In this document: piece by piece, positions 54,076 through 64,000 of the stretch
How positions within the stretch are numbered: the stretch's first letter is position 1
Layout of the letters: each line of letters starts with the position of its first letter
Assembly (NCBI RefSeq): GCF_964213995.1
Contig: NW_027590217.1
Span: 496,001 to 560,000 of the forward strand
Source: Mustelus asterias
Taxonomy: Eukaryota
Direction of reading: 5' to 3'
Length of the DNA stretch: 64,000 nt
Notes under the pieces: model-generated
The model's database searches: none
The model's input: the letters and a program-made list of their open reading frames with translations, nothing else
What the model was told of the DNA's origin: nothing
Program-made: the position numbers and the translations under genes

Positions 54076-57000
54076 TGGACACTAAAGAACAGGAAACTGA
54101 CCTTTTGTGGGTGAGCTCGACATTAAAGGACAGGAAACCTGCCGTTACTCAAGGATATGGACAGTAAAGGACAGGGAGTCTGACCACATTCTGGGAGAGG
54201 GACACTACTGGGCGGCACAGTGGTTAGCACTGCTGCCTCACAGCACCAGGGACCCGGGTTCGATTCCCGGCTTGGGTCACTGTCTGTGCGGAGTCTGCAC
54301 GTTCTCCCCGTGTCTGCGTGGGTTTCCTCCGGGTGTTCCGGTTTCCTCCCACAGTCCGAAAGACGCGTTGCTTCGGGTGCATTGGCCATGATAAATTCTC
54401 CGACAGTGTAACCCGAACAGGTGCCAGAGTGTGGCGACGAGGGGATTTTCACAATAACTTCATTGCAGTGTTAATGTAAGCCTTACTTGTGACACTAATG
54501 ATAAAACTTTAAACTGGACAGGGAATCTGACCGTATTCTGGGATATGGACACTGAAGGGCAGGGAATCTGACCTTGTTCTGGGATATGGACACTAAAGGA
54601 CAGGGAATCTGACCTTGTTCTGGGATATGGACACGAAAGGACAGGGAATCTGACCTTATTCTGGGATATGGACACTGAAGGACAGGGAATCTGACCTTGT
54701 TCTGGGACCTGGACACTAAAGGACAGGGAATCTGACCTCATTCTGGGACCTGGACAGGAAAGGGCAGGGAATCTGACCTTGTTCTGGGACCTGGACAGGA
54801 AAGGACAGGGAATCTGACCTCATTCTGGGACCTGGACAGGAAAGGACAGGGAATCTGACCTTGTTCTGGGTTATGGACACTAAGCGACAGGGAATCTGAC
54901 CTCAGTATGGGCGATGGACAATAATTAACATGAAATCTGACCTTTTTTGGCACATGGACACTACAGGACAGGGAATCTGACCTTAATCAGGGAAATGGGC
55001 ACTAAACAATCATAACATCCCGACAGGGCAGATGGAGGCCATTCAGCCCATCAAACTTACTCCTACAACAATCCCAACCAAGCTTTATCTCGTATTCCCA
55101 CGTATTTATCCTGCCATTCCCCCTGACACTAAGGGGCAATCAACCTCACCCACACATCTTTGAACTGTAGGAGCAAACCGGAGCACCCAGAAATTCTGAG
55201 GTTGTTGTTGGAGATGGACACAAAAGGACAGGAAATCTTACCTTATTCTGGAAGAGGGACACTTAAGGACAGGGCATCTGATGTTATTCTGGGACATGGA
55301 CCTCAGTCAGGGAAATGGACACTAAACAGCCATAGCATCCCGACAGTGCAGAAGGAGGCCATTCAGCCCATCCAGCCGGCACTGACACCAATCCCACCCA
55401 AGCCGATCTCGTGTACTCAAGGATTTACGCTGCTCATCCCCCTGACACTAAGGGGCAATTTAGCACAGCCAATCAACCTAACCCGCACATCTTTGGACTG
55501 TGGGAGCAAACCGGAGCACCCGGAGGAAATCCAGGCAGACACGGGGAGAAGGTGCAAACTCCACACAGACAGTTACCTGAGGCTGGACCTGAACCCGGAT
55601 ACCTGCTAACCACTGTGCCACCATGCTACCCTGGAGCGGACGGGGACCTGACTTTATTCTGGGACATGGACACTAAAGGACAGGGAATCTTACCTTACAC
55701 CGGGAGTTCTACACTGAAAGACATGAAAGAATAGGGAATCTGAGCTTATTCTGGGACATGGTCATGAAAGGACAGGAAATCTAACTTTATCCTGGAATTT
55801 GGACACTAACCAACAGGAAATCTGACTTTATTCCTGGATTTGGACACAAAAAGGCAGAAAATCTGATGGTATTCTAGGAGATGGACACTAAAGGACAGGC
55901 TTTCTGACTTTATTCTAGGAGATGGACCCTAATGGACAGGGAATCTGACTTTATTCTGGGACATGGACACTAAAGGACAGGGAATCTGACTTTATTCTGG
56001 GACATGGACACTAAAGGACAGGAAATCTGACTTTATTCTGGGACATGGACACTAAAGGACAGGGAATCTGACCTTATTCTGGGACATGGACACTAAAGGA
56101 CAGGGAATCTGGCCTTAATCTGGGACATGGACCAAAATACTGGAAAACCCACCTTATTCTGGGACATGGACACTGAAGAACTGGGAATCAGACGTTATTC
56201 TGCGACTTGGATACTAAAGGATCAGAACTCGGACCTCAGTCAGGGAAATGGACACGAAACAGCCATAGCATCCCGACAGTGTAGAAGGAGGCCATTCAGC
56301 CCATCCAGCCTGCACCGACACCAATCCCACCCAACCGATCTCGTGTACCCAAGGATTTACACTGCTTATCTCCTTGACACGAAGGGGCAATTTAGCATGG
56401 CCAATCAACCTAACCCGCACATCTTTGGACTGTGGGAGCAAACCGGAGCACCCGGAGGAAATCCAGGCAGACATGGGGAGAAGGTGCAAACTCCACACAG
56501 ACAGTTACCTGAGGCGGGACCTGAACCCAGGACCCGTTTGCTGTGAGGCAGCAGTTCTAACCACTGTGCCACCATGCTGCCCCAGAGAGGATGGGAATCT
56601 GACTTTATTGTGGGACATGAACACTAAAGGACAGGGACCCTGTTCTTATTCTGGGACATGGACACTAAAGGACTGGGAATCTGACCTTATTCTGGGACCT
56701 GGACACTAAAGGACTGGGAATCTGACCTTATTCTGGGACCTGGACACTAAACGGCAGGGAATCTGATGTTATTCTGGGACATGGATACTAAAGGACAGAG
56801 ATTGTGACTTATTTCCAAATTCCTATGTTCCTATTCCATACCATGAACACTAAAGGATAGGGAATCCCACCTTATTCTGGGACATGGACACTAACGGACA
56901 GGGAATCTGACCTTATCCTTGGACATGGACACTAAAGGACTGGGAATTAGATGTTATTCTGGGACATGGACACGAAAGGACAGGAAATCTGAGCTTATTC

Positions 57001-58690
57001 TGGGAGCTGGACACTAAAGGATGAGGAATCTGACCTTATTCTGGGAGCTGGACACTAAAGGATGAGGAACCTGACCTTATTCTGGGACATGGTGATGAAA
57101 GGACAGGAAATCTGACTTTATCCTGGATTTGGATACTAAAAGACTGAAATTCTGAGGTTGTTGTTGGAGATGGACACAAAAGCAGAGGGAATCTGACCTT
57201 ATTCTGGGACATGGACACTAAAGGACAGGAATTCTGACCTTATTCTGGAAGAGGGACACTTAAGGACAGGGAATCTGACATTCTGGGATATGAACACTAA
57301 TGGACAGGGAATGTGGCCTTAATCTGGGACATGGACCAAAATACTGGAAAACCCACCTTATTCTGGGACATGAACATTGAAGGACAGGGAATCTGACCTT
57401 TCGCTGGGAGTTCTACACTGACCGACACTAAAGGATAGGGAATCTGAGCTTATTCTGGGACCTGGACACTAAACGGCAGGGAATCTGATGTTATTCTGGG
57501 ACATGGATACTAAAGGACACAGAATCTTTCCTTATTCTGGGACATGGACACTAAAGGATAGGGAATCTGACCTTATTCTGGGACATGGACAAGAAAGGAC
57601 AGGAAATCTGACTTATTCCTGGATTTGGACACTAAAAAGCAGAAAATCTGATGTTGTTGTAGGAGATGGACACTCAAGGACACAGGATCTTTCCTTAGTC
57701 TGGGACATGGACACTACAGGACAGGGAATCTGACCTTATTCTGGGATATGGACGCTAATGGACAGGGAATCTGGCCTTAATCTGGGACATGGACACTACA
57801 GGACAGGGAATCTGATCTTATTCTGGGATATGGACGCTAATGGACAGGGAATCTGGCCTTAATCTGGGACTTGGATATGAAAGAACAGGGAATCTGACCT
57901 TATTCTGGGACATGGACACTAAAGGACAGGGAATCTGACCTTACACCGGGAGTTCTACACTGAAAGACATGAAAGGACAGGGAATCTGAGCTTATTCCGG
58001 GACATGGACAATAAAGGACAGGGAATCTGACCTTAGTCAGGGAAATGGACACTAAACAGCCATAGCATCCCGACAGTGCAGAAGGAGGCCATTCAGCCCA
58101 TCCAGCCTACACCGACACCAATCCCACCCAAGCCTATCTCGTGTACCCAAGGATTTACACTGCTTATCCCCTTGACACTAAGGGGCAATTTAGCACAGCC
58201 AATCAACCTATCCCACACATCTTTGGACTGTAGGAGCAAACCGGAGCACCCGGAGGAAATCCAGGCAGACACGGGGAGAAGGTGCAAACTCCACACAGAC
58301 AGTTACCTGAGGTCGGACCTGAACCCAGGACCCGTTTGCTGTGAGGCCGCAGTTCTAACCACTGTGCCACCATGCTGCCCCAGAGAGGATGGGAATCTGA
58401 CTTTATTGTGGGACATGGACACTAAAGGACAGGGAATCTGACCTTATTCTGGGAAATGGACACTACAGGACTGGGAATCTGACCACTCGGGTGAATCGAA
58501 GCCCCCAGATCAGGTGAAGTGAAAAGCTTAAAATGGCAGTAGTTTGTTGCCACTCAACTGTGTGTGTGTTTGTAACCTAATGATTGGAATTAGAGAGTTG
58601 GAGAATAAGATGTGGGGATCAATTGAAGATAAACCCTGGCTTTATAGTGTGTGTTTGTTATCATTGAATTGAAAATTAAAGTCTGGTCAC

Positions 58691-58833
58691 CTTGACGACA
58701 GTAACAAAGGTGCTGTAGAGGAAACTGAGAATAAACAGAATGGCAAAGGCAGCAACTGTCAGCGCGTTGTCATCTCCCTCCAAGTCTCCCATTTCTTCCT
58801 TTCCTTCCTCTCCTGTCTCATCTGGAGGTTTCT
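58691..58833 (-). CDS. Ig heavy-chain transmembrane exon TM1 (IgW-like)
   Basis: Not in the ORF track. Acceptor tttttctttgtttcag|AG, donor AAG|gtgacc, 143 nt, phase 1-0. Encodes (E)KPPDETGEEGKEEMGDLEGDDNALTVAAFAILFILSFLYSTFVTVVK: acidic spacer plus TM helix with the antigen-receptor F..LF.LS..YST.VT..K motif. It lacks the IWTTAST start I recall for shark IgM/IgNAR, which favours IgW. Confidence 0.93.
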
Positions 58834-58947
58834 CTGAAACAAAGAAAAATCGGAGCTGTTAAAGTTCACATCAAGGTCCCCAACATCTCAACAGTTTGAA
58901 GATAACACAGCGAAGGAGGGGACGACAGTGGAGCAGCGGGGGGGAGG

Positions 58948-59300
58948 GAGGTGATGGCCTCGTGGTATTATCGCCAGACTATTCAACCAGAAACTCAGCT
59001 AATATTCTGGGGACCCGGCTTCGAATCCCGCCACAGCAGATGGTGGAATTTGAATTCAATAAAAAATATCTGGAATTAGGAGTCGACCAAAGATCATGAA
59101 ACCATTGTCGATTGTTGTAAAAAAACCCCATCTGGTTCACTAATGTCCTTTAGGGAAGGAAATCTGCCATCCTTACCCGGTCTGGCCTACATGTGACTCC
59201 AGAGCCACAGCAATGTGGTTGATTCAACTGCCCTCGGGCAACTCGGGCTGGGCAATAAATGCTGGCCAGCCAGCGACGCCCATGTCCCACAAATCAATAA
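58948..59300 (+). mobile_element. Second tRNA-derived SINE family (also 22848-23190; partial at 2610-2895, 27380-27618)
   Basis: tggcctcgtggta A box, ttcgaatccc B box; 3' tail gggcaataaatgctggccagccagcgacgcccat shared with the LINE at 1125-1955. Confidence 0.8.
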
Positions 59301-59779
59301 AGGAAAAGCAGTGGGAGCAGTGAATCATTAGAAACTCTCTCCTTCTCGACCTGTCTCTCTCTCTGATTCTGTCTCCCTCTTTGTCTTTCTCCCTCTCACA
59401 CTGTCTTCCCTCTACCCCCAAGAATTCTGTTCTCTTGTTTCACTGTCAGTCTCACACTTTCTCTCTCTCTCTCTGTCATACTCTCTTTGTCTCCAAAACA
59501 CCCATTGACCTGCAGGGAGCACTCTGAGATTATCCCCACAACCAGGATGAGATTCCTTTCACTTCAAGTATTTCTTTCTTTTTGATTCGCTGCCTCTATT
59601 TAATATTTCAGTTGACCCAATATTTTCTGAGGTGGCATTAGATGAACTTGTGCAGTCACCAGATACGACACTGACCTTATCTGCTCAGTGACACAAATTC
59701 CTGTGAGTGGTGATGTGAGAGAATGAGGGACCAAATGGGTTCTGAAAGTCTGCAGTTCATGGATCGATGTGATGGGGTT

Positions 59780-60112
59780 TTGTGGATAACATTCCCACCT
59801 CTGGCTCAGAAAATTGTGGGTTTGAGTTACACTCCAGAGACTAGAGTGCATCATTCAGGCGGGCACTCCGATGCAGGACTGAGAAAGTGCTGCAGTGTCG
59901 GAGGTGCCGCCCTTCGAATGAGATGTTAAGCGATGGCCCTCAGGCTGATGTTAATGTGTAAATGATCCACAACACGACTGGAAGAAGAGCAGGAAGTTCC
60001 CTGCAGTGTTCTGAGCCGGAAAACATCCATCTTTCAACCTCAACACCCAAAACCAGATGATCCGGTCATTCTCACAGTTCTCACTGTGGGAACTTACTGA
60101 GCGCAAATTGAA
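59780..60112 (+). mobile_element. Old DeuSINE (SacSINE1-like) copy; another remnant near 63520-63700
   Basis: Matches the recalled Deu-domain pattern: gaagaagagcagg..gtt..cc...ctcaac...aaaacagat.at.cggtcatt.tcaca....tgtggga.ctt.ctg.gcgcaaattg. Confidence 0.65.
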
Positions 60113-61007
60113 ATGAGTAAACCGAGAAAGACCAAAGCCAACCTGACATTAGTATGGTACAATGATGATGGAGTTGTTTTAAAGTTTATTTATTAGTGTC
60201 ACAAGTAGGCTTATCTTAACGCTGCAATGAAGTTACTGTGAAAATCCCCTCCTCGACACACTCCGGCGCCTGTTCGGGTACACTGAGGGAGAATTTAGCA
60301 TGGCCAATGCACCTAACCAGCGCGTGTTTTGGACTGTGGGAGGAAACCGGAGCACCCGGAGGAAACCCACGCAGACACGGGGAGAACATGCAGACTCCAC
60401 ACAGACAGTGACCCAAGCTGGGGATTGAACCCGGGTCCCTAGCACTGCGAGGCAGCAGTGCTAACCGCTGTGCCACCGTGCTGCCCTGTTGTGGGCCATT
60501 CATCGCAACTGGTCTCCGATTAATCAGTGCACAATAAACCCAGACTTGAAGTGAGGAAATCCCAATGGGAAAATTGAAAACCTCAGGTCCAAGGACTCTG
60601 CTGGCCGCAAGCACATTACACTCACCACACCTCATGTCTGAAGTTAGGGCGGCACGGTGGCTAGCACTGCTACCTCACAGCGCCGGGGACCCAGGTTCGA
60701 TTCCCAGCTTGGGTCACTGTCTGCATGTTCTCCCTGTGTCTGCGTGGGTTTCCTCCGGGTGCTCCAGTTTCCTCCCACAGTCCAAAAGACGTGCTGGTTA
60801 GGTGTATTGGCCATGCTAAATTCTCCCTCAGCGTACCCAAGCAGGCACCGGAGTGTGGCGACCAGGGGACTTTCACAGTAACTTCGTTGCAGTGTTAATG
60901 TCAGCCTACTTGTGACACTCATAAATAGACTTTAAGTTTGACTCATTTACTGTTTCTGAAAACGCACCAATAATGAAGACTCAAAACTGAAACCTTTTCA
61001 CATCACG

Positions 61008-61013
61008 TTTATT
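61008..61013 (-). terminator. Poly(A) signal of the secretory Ig transcript
   Basis: AATAAA on the minus strand ~330 nt after the secretory stop, followed by a GT/T-rich downstream stretch. Confidence 0.75.
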
Positions 61014-61340
61014 GAAACTGGATCAGGACATTGACATTTTGCCACATACAATTAACCCTTTGTGGGATCTCACACAGCTTTCACACTCGATCAAACGCAG
61101 CAGAAAAATATTGCAAAGGGAACTCAGGACCTTCAGACATTTGGAGAAAAGGATGTTAGGTGTCTGATTCAATCACCAAATAGTTTTTTTTTCTCAATTA
61201 TTGAGCAAGGTCAGATTTTGTTGCCGTTGTCTGTGACCTGTCACCAGAAGAGAGATGTTCTTGTGACCACAACAATCCTCTGGCTGCGTTAACCATCCAT
61301 TCACAAGGATTATATAAATGGCTGATTGAATCGCCAGATG

Positions 61341-61723
61341 TTATGAGCAGGATTTATAGCTCTCGGTCAGGACAAGTGACACATTGACCAGGGTGGGTTT
61401 GCTGTGAGATTTATTAATGCTCCTGAACAGGTTTGTTGTGACTGACTCATGTCCCACCACACAGGAGTAAGTGGTGCCGCTGTTCCACTCGTCCGCAGAG
61501 ACTGTCAGCTGACTGCCCGAGTTCCAGCCGCTGCGGCCGTCCTCGGTCACCGGCTGGTTCACGAATCCTGATTTCAGGAGAGTGTCGTTGGCCATCCAGG
61601 CCAGGTAGATCTCTGCGGGGGAGAATCCGGTCACCAGGCACACCAGGGTCGCAGTCTGATCCGTCTCCATCTCATCCGACGAAGGGGGAAGGAGGTAGAC
61701 TTGAGGCTGAGTCTTAACCTCAA
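61341..61723 (-). CDS. Ig heavy-chain terminal constant exon plus secretory tail (IgW CH6-like)
   Basis: Acceptor tgtctctgtttccag|TT GAG; C1-set domain QPQVYLLPPS...TATLVCLVTGFSPAEIYLAWMANDTLL...EWNSGTTYSCVVGHES; tail KPTLVNVSLVLTESYKSCS* with N-glycosylation sequon NVS and penultimate Cys; TAA at 61341-61343. Confidence 0.96.
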
Positions 61724-61882
61724 CTGGAAACAGAGACAACATAGGTTAGACTGAGTCTTTCTCTCATCTTGTATTTACCCACTGACGCAAACCGGGTGAG
61801 GGAGACAGGGCGGCACGGTCGCACAGCAGGTTTCCACGCTGTAAACCGCTACCACTCTATGACTAATTCCATCCACACGTAC

Positions 61883-62203
61883 CTTGGGCTTTCCTGATTG
61901 ACCTCTTCTCCGGCGTGGGCAAACTCTTGTCCTCCACCGAACACAAATACTCGACCCCGCTCTCCCACTCTGCGGCAGGGACCGTCAGTCTGCTGAAGAT
62001 CACGTCTCTGTCTCCATGTCTCTTGGGACTCTGAGTCTTCACTCCATCTTCTCTCACAATTCCATCCACCAGCCAGGTCACCCTGGCTCCCTCCAAATCA
62101 CCATGAAGTATCTCACAAAGAATAGTGGCCGTCCTGTCCCTCCAGATCTCTTCGAAAGGAGGCTTCCTTAAGGTGACTGAGATCCCAGTGTCCAAACACT
62201 CAC
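61883..62203 (-). CDS. Ig heavy-chain constant exon, penultimate C domain (IgW CH5-like; homologous to IgNAR C4)
   Basis: Acceptor atttctcacccag|GT GAG TGT, donor CAA G|gtacgt, 321 nt, phase 1-1. Encodes ECLDTGISVTLRKPPFEEIWRDRTATILCEIL...VTW...EWESGVEYLCSVEDKSLPTPEKRSIRKAQ, a C1-set Ig domain with canonical Cys/Trp/Cys. The KPPFEEIW..TATIxCEI motif matches recalled shark IgNAR/IgW domains. Confidence 0.95.
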
Positions 62204-62690
62204 CTGGGTGAGAAATTACAATGATTATTTCATGATTCCCCAATGGGATGTGGACGTGGCTTTGCAAGGCTGGCGTTTCATGCCTGGCGTCACAGGTACA
62301 ATAGTGGCTCACAGGGCTCTTTCACAGGGCACTTATGAGGCATCCACATTGGTTTGTGCCTGGAGCCACATTTGAGGCAGACAGGGTCAGGACAGTAGGC
62401 ACAGCGGCACAGTGGTTAGCACTGCTGCCTCACAGCACCAGGGACCCGGGTTCAAATCCGGCCTCCGGTCACTGTCTGTGTGGAGTCTGCACGTTCTCCC
62501 TATGCCTGCGTGGGTTTCCTCCGGGTGCTCCAGTTTCCTTCCGCAGTTCCAAGACGTGCTGGTTAGGTGGGTTGGCCGTGCTAAATTGACCTTAGTGTTA
62601 GGGGGATCAGCAGGGTAAATATGTGGGGTTACAGGAATGGGGCCTGGGTGGGATTGTGGCCGGTATAGACTCGATGGGTCGAATGGCCTC

Positions 62691-63240
62691 AAAGAACAAA
62701 GAACATTACAGCACAGGAACAGGCCCTTTGGCCCTCCAAGCCTGCACCAACCATGCTGCCCCGACTGAAATAAAACCCCCGACCCTTCCGGGGACCATAT
62801 CCCTCCATTCCCATCCTATTCATGTATTTGTCAAGATGCCCCTTAAAAGTCACGATCGTCTCTGCTTCCACTGCCTCCCCCGGCAGTGAGTTCCAGGCAC
62901 CCACCACCCTCTGTGTAAAAAACGTGCCTCGTACATCTCCTTTAAACCTTGCCCCTCACACCTTAAACCTGTGCCCCCTAGTAATTGACTCTTCCACCCT
63001 GGGGAAAAAGCTTCTGACTATCCACTCTGTCCATGCCCCTCATAATCTTGTAGAATTCTATCAGGTCGCACCTCAACCTCCGTCATTCCAGTGAGAACAA
63101 ACCAAGTTTCTCCAACCTCTCCTCATAGTTAATGCCCTCCAGACCAGGCAACATCCTGGTAAATCTTTTCTGTCCCCTCTCCAAAGCCTCCACATCCTTC
63201 TGGTAGTGTGGCGACCAGAATTGAACACTATATTCCAAGT
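62691..63240 (-). mobile_element. CR1 3' fragment inserted in an HE1-type SINE within the Ig intron
   Basis: CR1 C-terminal motifs; the SINE (62398-62690) resumes at 63241; gcctc duplicated at the junctions. Confidence 0.85.
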
Positions 63241-63704
63241 GCCTCCTTCTGTGCTGTAGTGATTCTAATCTACAATCCTTCCTGAAAGGAACATTAACAA
63301 ACCAGTTTGGTTTTTAACGACAATATAACAGCTTCTGGTTTACTGATGCCAATGTTTAATTTCCAATTTTTACTTTCTAAAACTGAATTCAAGTTCTCAA
63401 GCTGTCTTGGATTTGAACTCAGTTCTCTGGATCATTAATTGGCCGTGTCAGCCTTGGCGCATTAGCCGGGCTGCCTCCTCTACATTGCTGCATGTTCAAG
63501 CCCCACGACAGATACTTGAGTACATGAGCAAGAATGGCCAACCAGTACTGAGGGAACTCTGCACTGTTTGCAGTGCCGTCTTTCAGAAAGAGACCTGAAA
63601 CCAAGGCCCCTTCTCAGGCTGAAGAAACAGATCCTCTTGTCAGGGTTTTGAAGAAGGGGAAAGTAGTCAATATTTAGCAGATTATCTGATCGCCATATTG
63701 CGAT

Positions 63705-64000
63705 GTTGGCATGTCAGCCCCGACTCTCACCAACTTTTACAGATGCACCATAGAAAGCATTCTTTCTGGTTGTATCACAGCTTGGTATGGGGCTCCTGCT
63801 CTGCCCAAGACCGCAAGGAATTACAAAAGGGTCGTGAATCTAGCCCAATCCATCATGCAAACCAGCCTCCCATCCATTGACTTTGTCTCCACTTCCTGCT
63901 GCCTCGGGAAAAGCAGCCAGCATAATTAAGGACCCCACGCCCACCGGACATTCTCTTTTCCACCTTCTTCCGTCGGGAAAAAGATACAAAAGTCTGAGGT
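63705..64000 (+). mobile_element. Rex1/Babar-type LINE fragment
   Basis: TLTNFYRCTIESILSGCITAWYG. Confidence 0.85.

Larger units (their letters stand above)
52436..58486 (+). repeat. ~40-41 bp minisatellite (GGACACTAAAGGACAGGGAATCTGACCTTATTCTGGGACAT) filling the TM1-TM2 intron, interrupted by LINE/SINE pieces
   Basis: Tandem copies at 52436-53230 (variant ...ggggtctgtccttattctgggagat) and 54075-58486. Confidence 0.93.

Noticed and set aside
59676-59700. Possible 25-nt exon (GICVTEQI) between the secretory exon and TM1
   Set aside because: Flanked by cag/gtcagt, but 25 nt would frameshift TM1 and no compensating exon was found.
61743-62312. ORF-track N- and C-terminal extensions of the Ig exons (MSHYCTC..., MLSLFP..., ...GTCGWN)
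   Set aside because: Intronic sequence outside the splice sites.

Overview
Repeat-dense vertebrate DNA, almost certainly from a shark or other elasmobranch (HE1-type V-SINEs, CR1/HER1-like LINEs, an IgW-type gene). The only clear host gene is the 3' half of an immunoglobulin heavy-chain gene on the minus strand, most likely IgW (IgNAR not fully excluded). It comprises a penultimate C-domain exon (62203-61883), a terminal C exon with secretory tail (61723-61341), a transmembrane exon missed by the ORF track (58833-58691) and a probable 12-nt cytoplasmic exon VQQ* (52335-52324), with separate poly(A) signals for the secreted and membrane forms. The V region and upstream C exons lie beyond the right edge. 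3' of the gene is a ~15.3 kb G-run satellite of ~20-bp units with higher-order duplications. The first ~34 kb is nested transposon debris (CR1, Rex1/Babar, a second CR1-group LINE, Gypsy, Penelope, several SINE families, MITEs) over an old, locally duplicated scaffold with a thrice-repeated ETS-motif/splice-donor module. Most notable: (1) the penultimate C exon starts with a perfect 5' splice site (CAG|GTGAGT) while the terminal exon lacks the usual internal membrane-form donor, suggesting a recursive-splicing route to the membrane isoform; (2) a candidate Cys-encoding 12-nt micro-exon; (3) short palindromic Penelope-derived elements with target-site duplications carrying minimal hammerhead ribozyme motifs. 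Almost all other ORFs in the track are repeat artefacts. I see no unambiguous wholly new system; the best candidates are hypotheses. Repeat boundaries are approximate, and family names come from recalled motifs, not database searches.
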